DNA of 64,000 bases from Ignavibacteria bacterium (GTDB taxonomy: Bacteria; Bacteroidota; Ignavibacteria; Kapaibacteriales; UBA4661). Numbering within the stretch: position 1 is the stretch's first letter; each line of letters starts with the position of its first letter. Under the pieces are notes generated by a model. It saw only the letters and a program-made list of their open reading frames with translations, had not been told where the DNA came from and did not search any database. This document shows positions 38,429-46,797 of this stretch, piece after piece. A program made the position numbers and the translations under genes. The stretch spans positions 2,083-66,082 of the forward strand of contig JACVZY010000106.1 in assembly GCA_014654705.1 (NCBI GenBank), in the 5' to 3' direction.

Positions 38429-38821
38429 CTACGGAATGGATAAATTTATGTTCTTTTCCGAGCACACTTTCTTTATCCTATCAACGACCGCTTTATCAGG
38501 TATCAAAAGCGGTAGTTGAATCTGTTCTTTGTTGATATTCCAAAAAAGGTATTCTCCTTGTGCTAAGGAGCATATTGTTTGTTCAAGGTCATCAAGGGAG
38601 GTTTTTTGAACAACGACTAACTCCGAATGGTCTTTGAGCCTATTAGTTCCCGGCAGAAGCGCATAATACCAAACGCCGCTCTCAAGCCGCCACGTGTAGA
38701 GTTCATAGCCTTTGGTGGACGTGTTCAGTGTGTCGGTCTGTTTTTGGCACCCTGAAAATAGGAAGACACTAAAGCAAAGTATCAACATTGCTTTAGTCTC
38801 AATTTTCATGTGTTTAATCAT
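38429..38821 (-). CDS. Small lipoprotein, unknown function (AT-rich gene)
   Basis: MKIETKAMLILCFSVFLFSGC lipobox signal peptide. The local sequence is clearly AT-richer than its flanks. Immediately downstream of a REC-only gene on the same strand. No recognisable domain. Confidence 0.4.
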   Translation of the reverse strand: MIKHMKIETKAMLILCFSVFLFSGCQKQTDTLNTSTKGYELYTWRLESGVWYYALLPGTNRLKDHSELVVVQKTSLDDLEQTICSLAQGEYLFWNINKEQIQLPLLIPDKAVVDRIKKVCSEKNINLSIP

Positions 38822-38868
38822 AGTGAGTATTGTAAAAAAAGTGAAAATAAAAGTGAAAAATAACCACA

Positions 38869-39252
38869 CTATTTTTCAAGCATGGTGTGGGCTTCCAAGG
38901 CTTCTGCTATGGCGTTTAATACAGTATTTATTTTGAACGGCTTGCCGAAAAAGCTGATACCATTCTTTTGAGCGAAGATTTTTCCCGGGTAACCTGCACT
39001 CATGAGCACAATGATTGGTTGAGGGAATTGTTGCTGAATGGCTCGAATCAACTCTTCGCCGTCCATACCCGGCATATCAAAATCTGTCAGAACGACATCA
39101 ATATTCTGTTCTGACAGAATATTCAGTGCTTCTTTACCACCTTCGGCGGTAAGGACGGTATAGTGCTCAGATAACAAAAGTTGCAATATTTCGCGCATCA
39201 AAATATCGTCATCTACAACGAGGATAGTGCTGGAGTGAAATTGTTGGCTCAT
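38869..39252 (-). CDS. Stand-alone receiver (CheY-like single-domain response regulator)
   Basis: 127 aa. ILVVDDDILMREILQLLL.., DVVLTDFDMPGMDGEEL, and the conserved Lys region (GKPF). No output domain. Confidence 0.8.
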   Translation of the reverse strand: MSQQFHSSTILVVDDDILMREILQLLLSEHYTVLTAEGGKEALNILSEQNIDVVLTDFDMPGMDGEELIRAIQQQFPQPIIVLMSAGYPGKIFAQKNGISFFGKPFKINTVLNAIAEALEAHTMLEK

Positions 39253-39348
39253 ATCATCTTGGAGAAAAATAGGAAATAATAAGCATTGGTTTGGACAATA
39301 AAGACGAGAGGGTAGTTTACATTATCTTTTGAGGATGTACTCTTGGCT

Positions 39349-39759
39349 CTACAGTGATAATGATGGCGTTTGAGCCGCCGTTTGCATTGAATCTTTCGTC
39401 AATGCAGAATCCAGTGTCGCAATAACGTTCTCTGCCCCATATGGCTTTTGAATAAATGATATACCCATTGCATCTGCGCGAACTTGTCCTGATTCGCCGG
39501 TACTCATCATTACCAATGCAATGTCCGGATACTGTTCTCTAATGATTGCACAGAGTTCATCGCCGTGCATTCGAGGCATACAGTAATCGGTGAGAACTAT
39601 CGAAATATCGCTTCTACTTTCAAGCATGGATAATGCTTCATCCGCATTATTTGCTAAGAGTGGATAATAGCTTGCCGAAAGTATTGTTCTGAGGACGAAT
39701 AAACTAAAACGGTCATCATCCACAAGCAATATGGTCGGTTGAGAAGAGGTTTGCACCAT
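39349..39759 (-). CDS. Stand-alone receiver (CheY-like single-domain response regulator), second copy
   Basis: 136 aa. ILLVDDDRFSLFVLRTIL.., IVLTDYCMPRMHGDEL, FIQKPY. No output domain. Confidence 0.8.
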   Translation of the reverse strand: MVQTSSQPTILLVDDDRFSLFVLRTILSASYYPLLANNADEALSMLESRSDISIVLTDYCMPRMHGDELCAIIREQYPDIALVMMSTGESGQVRADAMGISFIQKPYGAENVIATLDSALTKDSMQTAAQTPSLSL

Positions 39760-40135
39760 ATCCGATATGCTCCGCGTTGTTGGAAGAGAGTTTTTCTATT
39801 GGTATGTTTTCTTCTTAATTTCAAATGTATTTTTCCTGTTCGCTGAGGACAGAGAAGCGTGAACAGTCCGACACTGTTTGGCAGCTATCCTCATCTAAAG
39901 CACGATAAACAACGTCAAAATTATCAATGAGATGGTGATGATGGCTTTTGAAAATGTCTTCACATTCTCGTCGCTTGCCGATTGCACTTTTATGGGTTTC
40001 ATGATGAAAGTTGCACGAAATGATGGAAGAAACTACCACAGATTAAATTTACACACATCGGGGCAATTTCTTTGCAATCACAAATTAGAAAAGTTGTCAG
40101 GACAAAATTACTGTACAACATTCTACAAAAGAAAA

Positions 40136-40177
40136 AAGAATGACAAACGTGCTTTTAAGAATGACAAACGTGCTTTT
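40136..40177. promoter_or_regulatory. Two perfect 21-bp tandem repeats (aagaatgacaaacgtgctttt) plus a degenerate third unit, in the 600-bp divergent region upstream of the TPR-LytS kinase / LytTR operon; candidate LytTR binding site
   Basis: Read directly: 40136-40156 and 40157-40177 are identical. The following ggggtgacgaacatagtcat shares the tgacNaac core. Confidence 0.35.
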
Positions 40178-40370
40178 AGGGGTGACGAACATAGTCATCA
40201 CAAAATTGAGGGCGTTGGTCATAATTGCATAGGAACTTACGGCGGTTATTCCGATTTTTGAAGTGTAAGCAGAATGTAGCAAAGCTAGAATTGAAGAAGT
40301 ATTGCACTGATTGCTCTTCAACCTTGGGAATCGTATGTTCCATTATTCATCTGTCAACATCATACCGACG

Positions 40371-42392
40371 ATGCAGAGATTTGCTTGGATATGCAGCGTT
40401 TATGGCGCTCTACTCTTTTTACATCCGGCGCATGCCCAACAAAGCGACATTGATTCACTTCTGCGTGTTATTCGGCAGCACGAGGCAAGCGGGCTCGTAG
40501 ATACATCGCTTGTTCGAGCATTGAATGGACTCGCTTTTGACTATGATGGTTACAAGTCAGACAGCGCATTGGCACTGGTGATAAAGGCACACACTCTTGC
40601 CGAGCGTTTGGGCTACACCAGAGGAGGAATAATATCGTGGATCTACATGGGCAATATCTATGAGACCCAAGGGCAATATAACAATGCATTATCGGTACTT
40701 TTTCAAGCATTAGATCTTGCCACAACTACGAAAGACACATCGCTTATTATCAAAGCACACAATAGCCTAGGGATAGTTTATGCAGACAAAGGTGAGTTCC
40801 AATCTGCTCTTACTCATTACTTTTCGTCACTCAAATTAGCCGAAGCTAAGCGCGACTCTTCAATCATGTCCATTTCGGCAAATAATATTGCGGCATCGTA
40901 TCAGAAACTCAATAGACCAACAGAGTCACTCCGTTATTATCGCTATGCTTTCACCATTGCTGAATTGACCAAGCGCACACGTGAAATTGCTTTTGCCTTA
41001 GGAAATATGGGGTTGGTCTATGCGGATGAAAATCAAAATGATTCTGCCCTCCTGATGTTTCGTGAAGCATATCAGAAATTCAAAACAATCGGCGACAGAC
41101 GTATGGAGGCAACCCAATTGGTGAGCATAGGTGTGGTGTATAGACGACAGGGCGGATATACACAATCTCTTGAAGCATTAGGTGAGGCTCTTGTGATTCA
41201 AAAAGATATTGGCGAAAGGATATATCACATAGAAACGCTTTTTTCAATTGCCCAAACGCTTTTGCTTGTGCGCCGGCATACCGAAGCACTTGTATATGCA
41301 CGTCGTGCGGTGGACAGCGCTGAGGCTACGAGCGCAAAAAAAATAGTTCTGGGCGATGCCCTCGGAGTGTTGTCAATGGTCTATGATTCTCTGGGGAGAT
41401 ATAAAGAAGCATTGGCAGTACATCAACGAATGGCTATCGTGAGGGATTCAATGTTGACTGAAGAATCGCTCAATAAATCCATGCAATTGCAAGCGGAGTA
41501 TGAAGCAGAAAAGAAAGACGTTCAAATTTTGGCTATGACCAAAGACGGCGAACTGCGGAATAAAGAACGAGTGTGGATGAGCGCTTTGGCTATTGCACTT
41601 GCGGTTGTAGTGCTTACCTTGGTGAGTTTTTATAGGCTAAAAATCCGTTCAGAAAAGAAAGCCAAAAAACTTGCGCTCTTTTTGGAAGAAAAGAATGGTG
41701 AAATTTTGCGCCAACAGGAGGTTCTGGAGGAGCAAGCCCGTGAAATTGAACAAATAAATAACGAGCTGCAAGGCAAGTATTTGGTTCTGGAACAGCAAAT
41801 GAATTTACAAACCGATTACACTGAATTGCGTATTCTCAACAAACTTGTGCATCCCCATTTTTTATTTAACACTCTCAATAGCATCTATGCTCTTTCATTA
41901 ATACAATCACCGAAAACACCCTCGATGATGCTGAAATTAGCAGACCTGATGCGGTATTTGCTTGTCAACTCCGAGAGAGACGAAGTCTCCCTGAAAGACG
42001 AGGTGGCTTACTTAGAAAATTATATTACCTTGGAAAAATTACGCCTGAACGAAAATACTGCCCAAGTACGATTTAAGTACCAAATTAATGACCTCCACAG
42101 CCCATATGTGCCGCCATTGCTCTTTTTGCCTTTTGTAGAAAACGCATTTAAGCATGGTGCAGCGACCCAAACAGATGACATTCATATTTCCATTGAATTT
42201 GTATTACAAGGCAACGAGATATTCTTTTATGTCTATAATACGAAGCCCCTGTCCTTTCAATCGCCCACCTCAACCAACACAGGGCTTGCGAATGTCCGTA
42301 AACGTTTACAAATTCTTTTTCCTGAGCGCCACGACCTTCAAATTGAAGAAACTATTTCTACATTCGAGGTACGACTATGGATTCGCCTATAA
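40371..42392 (+). CDS. Chimeric sensor kinase: secreted TPR sensor module + TM + S-helix fused to a LytS/YehU-type (PF06580) kinase core
   Basis: Signal peptide MQRFAWICSVYGALLFLHPAHAQ. TPRs. A TM (ALAIALAVVVLTLVSFY). EILRQQEVLEEQAREIEQINNEL. Then LVHPHFLFNTLNSIYAL (LytS-family H-box) and a C-terminal ATPase (GLANVRKRL). Overlaps the downstream LytTR regulator by 16 nt. Confidence 0.75.
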   Translation: MQRFAWICSVYGALLFLHPAHAQQSDIDSLLRVIRQHEASGLVDTSLVRALNGLAFDYDGYKSDSALALVIKAHTLAERLGYTRGGIISWIYMGNIYETQGQYNNALSVLFQALDLATTTKDTSLIIKAHNSLGIVYADKGEFQSALTHYFSSLKLAEAKRDSSIMSISANNIAASYQKLNRPTESLRYYRYAFTIAELTKRTREIAFALGNMGLVYADENQNDSALLMFREAYQKFKTIGDRRMEATQLVSIGVVYRRQGGYTQSLEALGEALVIQKDIGERIYHIETLFSIAQTLLLVRRHTEALVYARRAVDSAEATSAKKIVLGDALGVLSMVYDSLGRYKEALAVHQRMAIVRDSMLTEESLNKSMQLQAEYEAEKKDVQILAMTKDGELRNKERVWMSALAIALAVVVLTLVSFYRLKIRSEKKAKKLALFLEEKNGEILRQQEVLEEQAREIEQINNELQGKYLVLEQQMNLQTDYTELRILNKLVHPHFLFNTLNSIYALSLIQSPKTPSMMLKLADLMRYLLVNSERDEVSLKDEVAYLENYITLEKLRLNENTAQVRFKYQINDLHSPYVPPLLFLPFVENAFKHGAATQTDDIHISIEFVLQGNEIFFYVYNTKPLSFQSPTSTNTGLANVRKRLQILFPERHDLQIEETISTFEVRLWIRL

Positions 42393-43105
42393 CTTATTCT
42401 TGCATTATCGTTGATGATGAGCCGCTTGCACGGCAGGTATTGGAACAGTACATTGCCTCGGTGCCATATCTCCGCCTTGTCCAAAGCTGCTCAACAGCAT
42501 TGGAAGCATTGGCGGTAATGAACAGAACAAAAATAGACATTCTTTTTGCCGATGTGAATATGCCTGAACTGACCGGCATTCAGCTGGTAAAATTATTAGA
42601 TATGCCACCAAAAGTCATACTAGTGACTGCCTTCGAGACATTTGCTGTGCAGGGATTTGAAATTGGCGCAGTTGACTATCTGATGAAACCCATTTCATTT
42701 GAGAGGTTTGTCAAAGCGGTGCAGCGAGCGATAGATATACCATCGCAACCAAATTCCCTTGAGCGTACGCGAGATGCAGCAAACGAAAATCAAATGCTCT
42801 TCTTTAAAACCGATAAGGTTTTTCACAAGGTGTTTGTTAATGACTTACGGTATGTGGAAGCGTATGGTAATTTTGTTAAACTTCACACTATCGAATCAAC
42901 CCTTTTGATTTCCGATACACTCGCATCGGTACAAATGCTTTTACCGATTAATCGCTTCGTTCGAGTGCATAAATCATTCATCATTGCACTGACGGAAATT
43001 ATCCGTGTCGAAGGTAATACCGTGTTCCTCAGCAACGAAGAAGCGATACCAATTGGGGCATCTTTCCGCAAGGAATTTGTGGAGAGATTGCAAGAAAAAA
43101 CATAG
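42377..43105 (+). CDS. LytTR-family response regulator (REC + LytTR)
   Basis: YSCIIVDDEPLARQVLEQYI.., DVNMPELTGIQLV, LytTR domain (FFKTDKVFHKVFVNDLRYVEAYGNFVKLHT..VHKSFIIAL). Confidence 0.85.
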   Translation: MDSPITYSCIIVDDEPLARQVLEQYIASVPYLRLVQSCSTALEALAVMNRTKIDILFADVNMPELTGIQLVKLLDMPPKVILVTAFETFAVQGFEIGAVDYLMKPISFERFVKAVQRAIDIPSQPNSLERTRDAANENQMLFFKTDKVFHKVFVNDLRYVEAYGNFVKLHTIESTLLISDTLASVQMLLPINRFVRVHKSFIIALTEIIRVEGNTVFLSNEEAIPIGASFRKEFVERLQEKT

Positions 43106-43134
43106 GTTTATGCAAAAAGGAATTGCTCGTTTGC

Positions 43135-44094
43135 TTAGTGCTTTTTCCCACCATCAAGTAATTGCTTCGCTTTGCGGCGAATCCGATAGCCGAGTGTCCA
43201 CTTGAGTAAATAATCCTGTACATACTTCTCAAACGACATTTCCCGAATAACGTAGGGCGGATGCTGCATGGGGAACTGCATTGCCTCTACAGGTACATTC
43301 GCTGTGGGGTGGTCGGCATCAGTGATGTGCGTCGCGCCTTCGCCAAAGCCAATGTTCGTAATAAGATTCGCATTCGGAATAATACCCAACTGTCCTTGCA
43401 ACCAAACAGCAAAGGTAAGCTGATAATCCCACGTTGATTCGTTGCCGTTGTAAGCGGATTGGAAGACTTTTGTCCAATATTTTACCGAAAAATCATCGCC
43501 CAGCATCTCCGCCAGCAAGCCGTTATCGCGCACTTCGGGAAAACGTGCCATATTGACATCGTAATTCTTCCACACGCGCCGCCACGAAGCCCAACCCGTG
43601 ATAGGGTGAATCCGTGAAAAGTAGTAGCTGTACTGCGTTTCGCGTTTAATACGGAAATTTGCCGCCGAAATAAGACCGATGCGCTCATCATGACGATACC
43701 GCTCCAGCATTTCTTGGCAATACTGAAAAAATGTAGGGTGCGGCAAGCAATCATCCTCCAAAATAATCGCTTCCTCCACCGTTTGAAACACCCAATCCAA
43801 ACCACTGGAAACACGACCACGGCAGCCCAGATTCAAAGGAGAAATATTTGTCAGGACTTCGCAGTCCCAATCCACATTGTTGAGTACAATGCTCCGCGCC
43901 TGCTCGCACCGTTCTTGTTCGCCCTCGCGCCCCGTGCGTGCACCATCGGCAATGATAAGCAACTTTGGCGGCTGCGCCTTGCGGACTTCGGCAAAGACTT
44001 TTTCGGTGGTGTCGGGGCGATTGAAGATGACCATCGCCACAGGAGTTGTCAGTTTGAAGTTTGTCATAGAGTATTGCTTTGAAGAATAGTTCAC
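43135..44094 (-). CDS. Glycosyltransferase, GT-A fold (family 2-like)
   Basis: VAMVIFNRPDTTEKVF..KLLIIADGAR.. N-terminal nucleotide-binding region, then an acidic ILEDDCLPHP (DxD-like) motif. 319 aa. The start might instead be at MTNFKL (44067). Confidence 0.55.
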   Translation of the reverse strand: MNYSSKQYSMTNFKLTTPVAMVIFNRPDTTEKVFAEVRKAQPPKLLIIADGARTGREGEQERCEQARSIVLNNVDWDCEVLTNISPLNLGCRGRVSSGLDWVFQTVEEAIILEDDCLPHPTFFQYCQEMLERYRHDERIGLISAANFRIKRETQYSYYFSRIHPITGWASWRRVWKNYDVNMARFPEVRDNGLLAEMLGDDFSVKYWTKVFQSAYNGNESTWDYQLTFAVWLQGQLGIIPNANLITNIGFGEGATHITDADHPTANVPVEAMQFPMQHPPYVIREMSFEKYVQDYLLKWTLGYRIRRKAKQLLDGGKKH

Positions 44095-44112
44095 GACAAA
44101 AATCTTTTCTTG

Positions 44113-44199
44113 GTAGCACAGACATTCTTGTCTGTGAGGTTTGAAGAAGTGCTCGATGATTCACAGGCAAGAATGTCTGCGCTACCGAAGCCAGTTTTT
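44113..44199. repeat. Nested palindromic intergenic element, copy 2: gtagcacagacattcttgtctgtg (44113-44136), a 25-nt spacer, cacaggcaagaatgtctgcgctac (44162-44185), plus the cgaagccagttttt tail
   Basis: Same hairpin units and tail as 3479-3545, arranged in the opposite order. Lies between the epimerase stop (44246) and the GT-A start codon (44094). Confidence 0.5.
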
Positions 44200-44245
44200 A
44201 AGCTGCTTACGAAGTTTTATCGTGTACCAAGGTTTTGAAGGTAAA

Positions 44246-45238
44246 TCACATCCGCGAGCGCTCAAAATCTATCACGCTCTTCAAAATCTGCTCAAGAGTG
44301 TGTGTCGGCTTCCAGCCCGTCAATTCTTGAACGCGCGTGTTGTCGGGCATACGACGCTGCATATCCTCGAATCCGGGCGGATATGCTTCTGCGTAAGGAA
44401 TCAGAACGATGTCCGACGCGCTACCACTTAGTTCCTTGACCTTTTTTGCCAAGTCCATCATGCTGATTTCTTCACGACTCCCGACGTTGAAGAGTTTGCC
44501 GGGCGCTTCGGCGTGAAGTGACAAACTGTAAATTGCTTCCACAACATCGCGCACATCGCAGAAACAACGGCTTTGCGTGCCATCACCAAAAACGCGAATG
44601 GGTTCGCCGCGAAGCGCTTGCTGCACGAAGCGTGGAATTACCATGCCGTAACGTCCAGTCTGACGCGCTCCGACGGTGTTGAAAAGGCGGAATGGTACGA
44701 CTTCCAGTCCATATTCCTGATGATATGCCAAGCCCAAAAACTCGTCAATCATTTTGCTCGCAGCATACGCCCAGCGTGATTTGCTCGTATTGCCCAGAAG
44801 CACGTCGTCGTTTTCGTTGAACGGAATTTTTACACCTTTACCATACACTTCCGACGTGCTGGCAAGCATCACGCGGCATCCATAACGTAAGGCGGTCTTA
44901 AGAACAACTTCGCTGCCCATAATGTTTGTTTCAATCGTATGCACGGGCTTTTCGACAATAAGCTGTACGCCCACTGCTGCCGCCAAATGCACGACAATAT
45001 CTACCTGCGAGGTGATGCGGTCGAGTACCATCTCGTTCATAATGTCGTCGCGGACAAAGTGAAATTGCCCCGCAACATCAGGATTGGAGCGGATGTCGTT
45101 GATATTGTCTATCGTGCCGGTGGAAAGATTGTCGAGCGCAAAGACGGTGTGCCCGCGCTGCAAGAGATACTTCGACAGATGTGAGCCGATAAAGCCCGCA
45201 CCGCCGGTGATGAGAAAGGTTTTGGAGGGAGCGTTCAA
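44246..45238 (-). CDS. NAD-dependent sugar epimerase/dehydratase (SDR family; UDP-glucuronate decarboxylase / UDP-glucose 4-epimerase-like)
   Basis: FLITGGAGFIGSHLSKYLL (Rossmann GxxGxxG), YAASKMIDE (catalytic YxxxK), 330 aa. Confidence 0.85.
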   Translation of the reverse strand: MNAPSKTFLITGGAGFIGSHLSKYLLQRGHTVFALDNLSTGTIDNINDIRSNPDVAGQFHFVRDDIMNEMVLDRITSQVDIVVHLAAAVGVQLIVEKPVHTIETNIMGSEVVLKTALRYGCRVMLASTSEVYGKGVKIPFNENDDVLLGNTSKSRWAYAASKMIDEFLGLAYHQEYGLEVVPFRLFNTVGARQTGRYGMVIPRFVQQALRGEPIRVFGDGTQSRCFCDVRDVVEAIYSLSLHAEAPGKLFNVGSREEISMMDLAKKVKELSGSASDIVLIPYAEAYPPGFEDMQRRMPDNTRVQELTGWKPTHTLEQILKSVIDFERSRM

Positions 45239-45474
45239 CGTGGGGATTCCTTAAAAAGTAAGCCAAACAATCGTGTTTTGCAAAGACTACAAATTTACGA
45301 TGTTTATAGCTTCCACAAAACACAAATATCGAAACGGTGTAAGGATAGCGAGAATAGAACTTGTACAAACGATAGGCAACAATGCCATTATGCAAGAATG
45401 AGCAAAATTGTTTGTATATTTTCTGTCCAACCCGCTTCACTTGTTCTGCATTTTTCATCGGTATTCCATCCATT

Positions 45475-46773
45475 ATGAGTACTTATTCTACCCACGATTT
45501 CATTCGTGAAGCCGAAGCACAACAGAAATTTTACCAAGAGCAAGCTGCACGTTTTGATGCGGTCTTGAACGACCAAGCCGAGCAGATTGCGACGCTTATG
45601 AAGAAAAAAGATGCAGCGCTTCGGGCAATGTCGGATATTCTTCTACCTACCTTCACGCACGATGATTGCACTACGCTTGCGAAGCGCCTGCAAAAGCCGA
45701 TGCTTGAGGGCTTGTATGCTGATTATCTTCGTGAACAAAAAAGTCTGCAAGAGCAGATTGCCAACATTGAACAGAATACGGGGTTTCAGAAACGTGATGC
45801 GCTCACCAACCCAAAGTCGGGTGTGCTGACCACGCAAATTGCTGAGCTGGAACCGCTTTACGCGCAGGCGGAAACCATGCTCGAAAAACTGCGCTCCATG
45901 CAAGGTTTTGAGCGCTTGCAGGCGAACAAGTATGGTCGTAAAGACTATGTGCATCAAGGAATGATGCGCTTTCTCACACCGGAGTATTATTCCGACAACG
46001 CCGATGCTGCCGCGATTGTGAAACAGATGGGCGTGAACGATTTTCTGGACGTGCTCTCTGAGTACAACACCGCTCAAGACCGCATGAATACACTCGCTCC
46101 GTCGCTTCAGCGCTTACGCGAGGAATATTCAGCACTGCAAAACCTTGCGCGTGAGCATACGCAAGCCTCTGAGCGCCTTGCAGGATTGGAGAGTATCTAC
46201 AAACAACGAGTTCAAGAAGCAATCGCGGAATACTGCACGCTCAACGACAAACAAACACTTGCGCGGCTCTTTACGGAGGTTGCCGCCGACGCACCCGATG
46301 CGTACGCGCCCTTAGAATCAGCCTTCAAGCAATTCGACGGCACGGAACACCAAATCGATTATCTACGGGCGCTCCGGAGCAAAGTAACGGATGACACCAA
46401 TGCTCTTGTACAAAAATCTACTGCTCTTGCCGAAGAAACGCGCCGATACACTGCCGACCCGCACCGCTTCCGCAATAAGCGCTGGACAAACGACCAATTT
46501 GCAAAAAAATTCAAACGCGACACCACGCGCTACGACCGCTCTCTGCACCGCTACAACCGCACAGGAGCTGTGATTTACGGCTTTGACGATTACAATCGAA
46601 TTTCGCCATTCGAAGAATTTTTATGGTGGGACGTGATGAGCGACGGACGTTTGGACGGGAATTTTATCCCGGAGGTACAAGAGTATTACGAGACGCATCC
46701 CGATTATGAGTACAATCCAAGTGATTATGCGCCTACCGACGGCATAAATACTGATAATTCCGATAATTCGTAA
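45475..46773 (+). CDS. Hypothetical protein, predicted mostly helical / coiled coil with a Tyr/Asp/Asn-rich C-terminal tail; no recognisable domain
   Basis: 433 aa from MSTYSTHDFIREAEAQQKFYQEQAARF... Heptad-like Q/E/L-rich segments. C-terminus ..YYETHPDYEYNPSDYAPTDGINTDNSDNS. Codon usage and GC are consistent with the neighbours. Lies between the epimerase and a GT-B-like gene. Confidence 0.5.
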   Translation: MSTYSTHDFIREAEAQQKFYQEQAARFDAVLNDQAEQIATLMKKKDAALRAMSDILLPTFTHDDCTTLAKRLQKPMLEGLYADYLREQKSLQEQIANIEQNTGFQKRDALTNPKSGVLTTQIAELEPLYAQAETMLEKLRSMQGFERLQANKYGRKDYVHQGMMRFLTPEYYSDNADAAAIVKQMGVNDFLDVLSEYNTAQDRMNTLAPSLQRLREEYSALQNLAREHTQASERLAGLESIYKQRVQEAIAEYCTLNDKQTLARLFTEVAADAPDAYAPLESAFKQFDGTEHQIDYLRALRSKVTDDTNALVQKSTALAEETRRYTADPHRFRNKRWTNDQFAKKFKRDTTRYDRSLHRYNRTGAVIYGFDDYNRISPFEEFLWWDVMSDGRLDGNFIPEVQEYYETHPDYEYNPSDYAPTDGINTDNSDNS

Positions 46774-46797
46774 TTACTGGGACAACCATATCGCACT

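Noticed and set aside
40136-40177. Possible CRISPR array
   Set aside because: There are only two (at most three) contiguous repeat units with no spacers, and no cas genes anywhere in the window. This is a tandem repeat, not CRISPR.
39932-40261. 109-aa ORF with KNDKRAFKNDKRAF, and the opposite-strand 72-aa ORF 39821-40039, in the long intergenic region
   Set aside because: The peptide repeat is a direct translation of the 21-bp DNA tandem repeat. The region has atypical composition and no start or RBS context. It is treated as regulatory DNA, though a tiny protein cannot be excluded.
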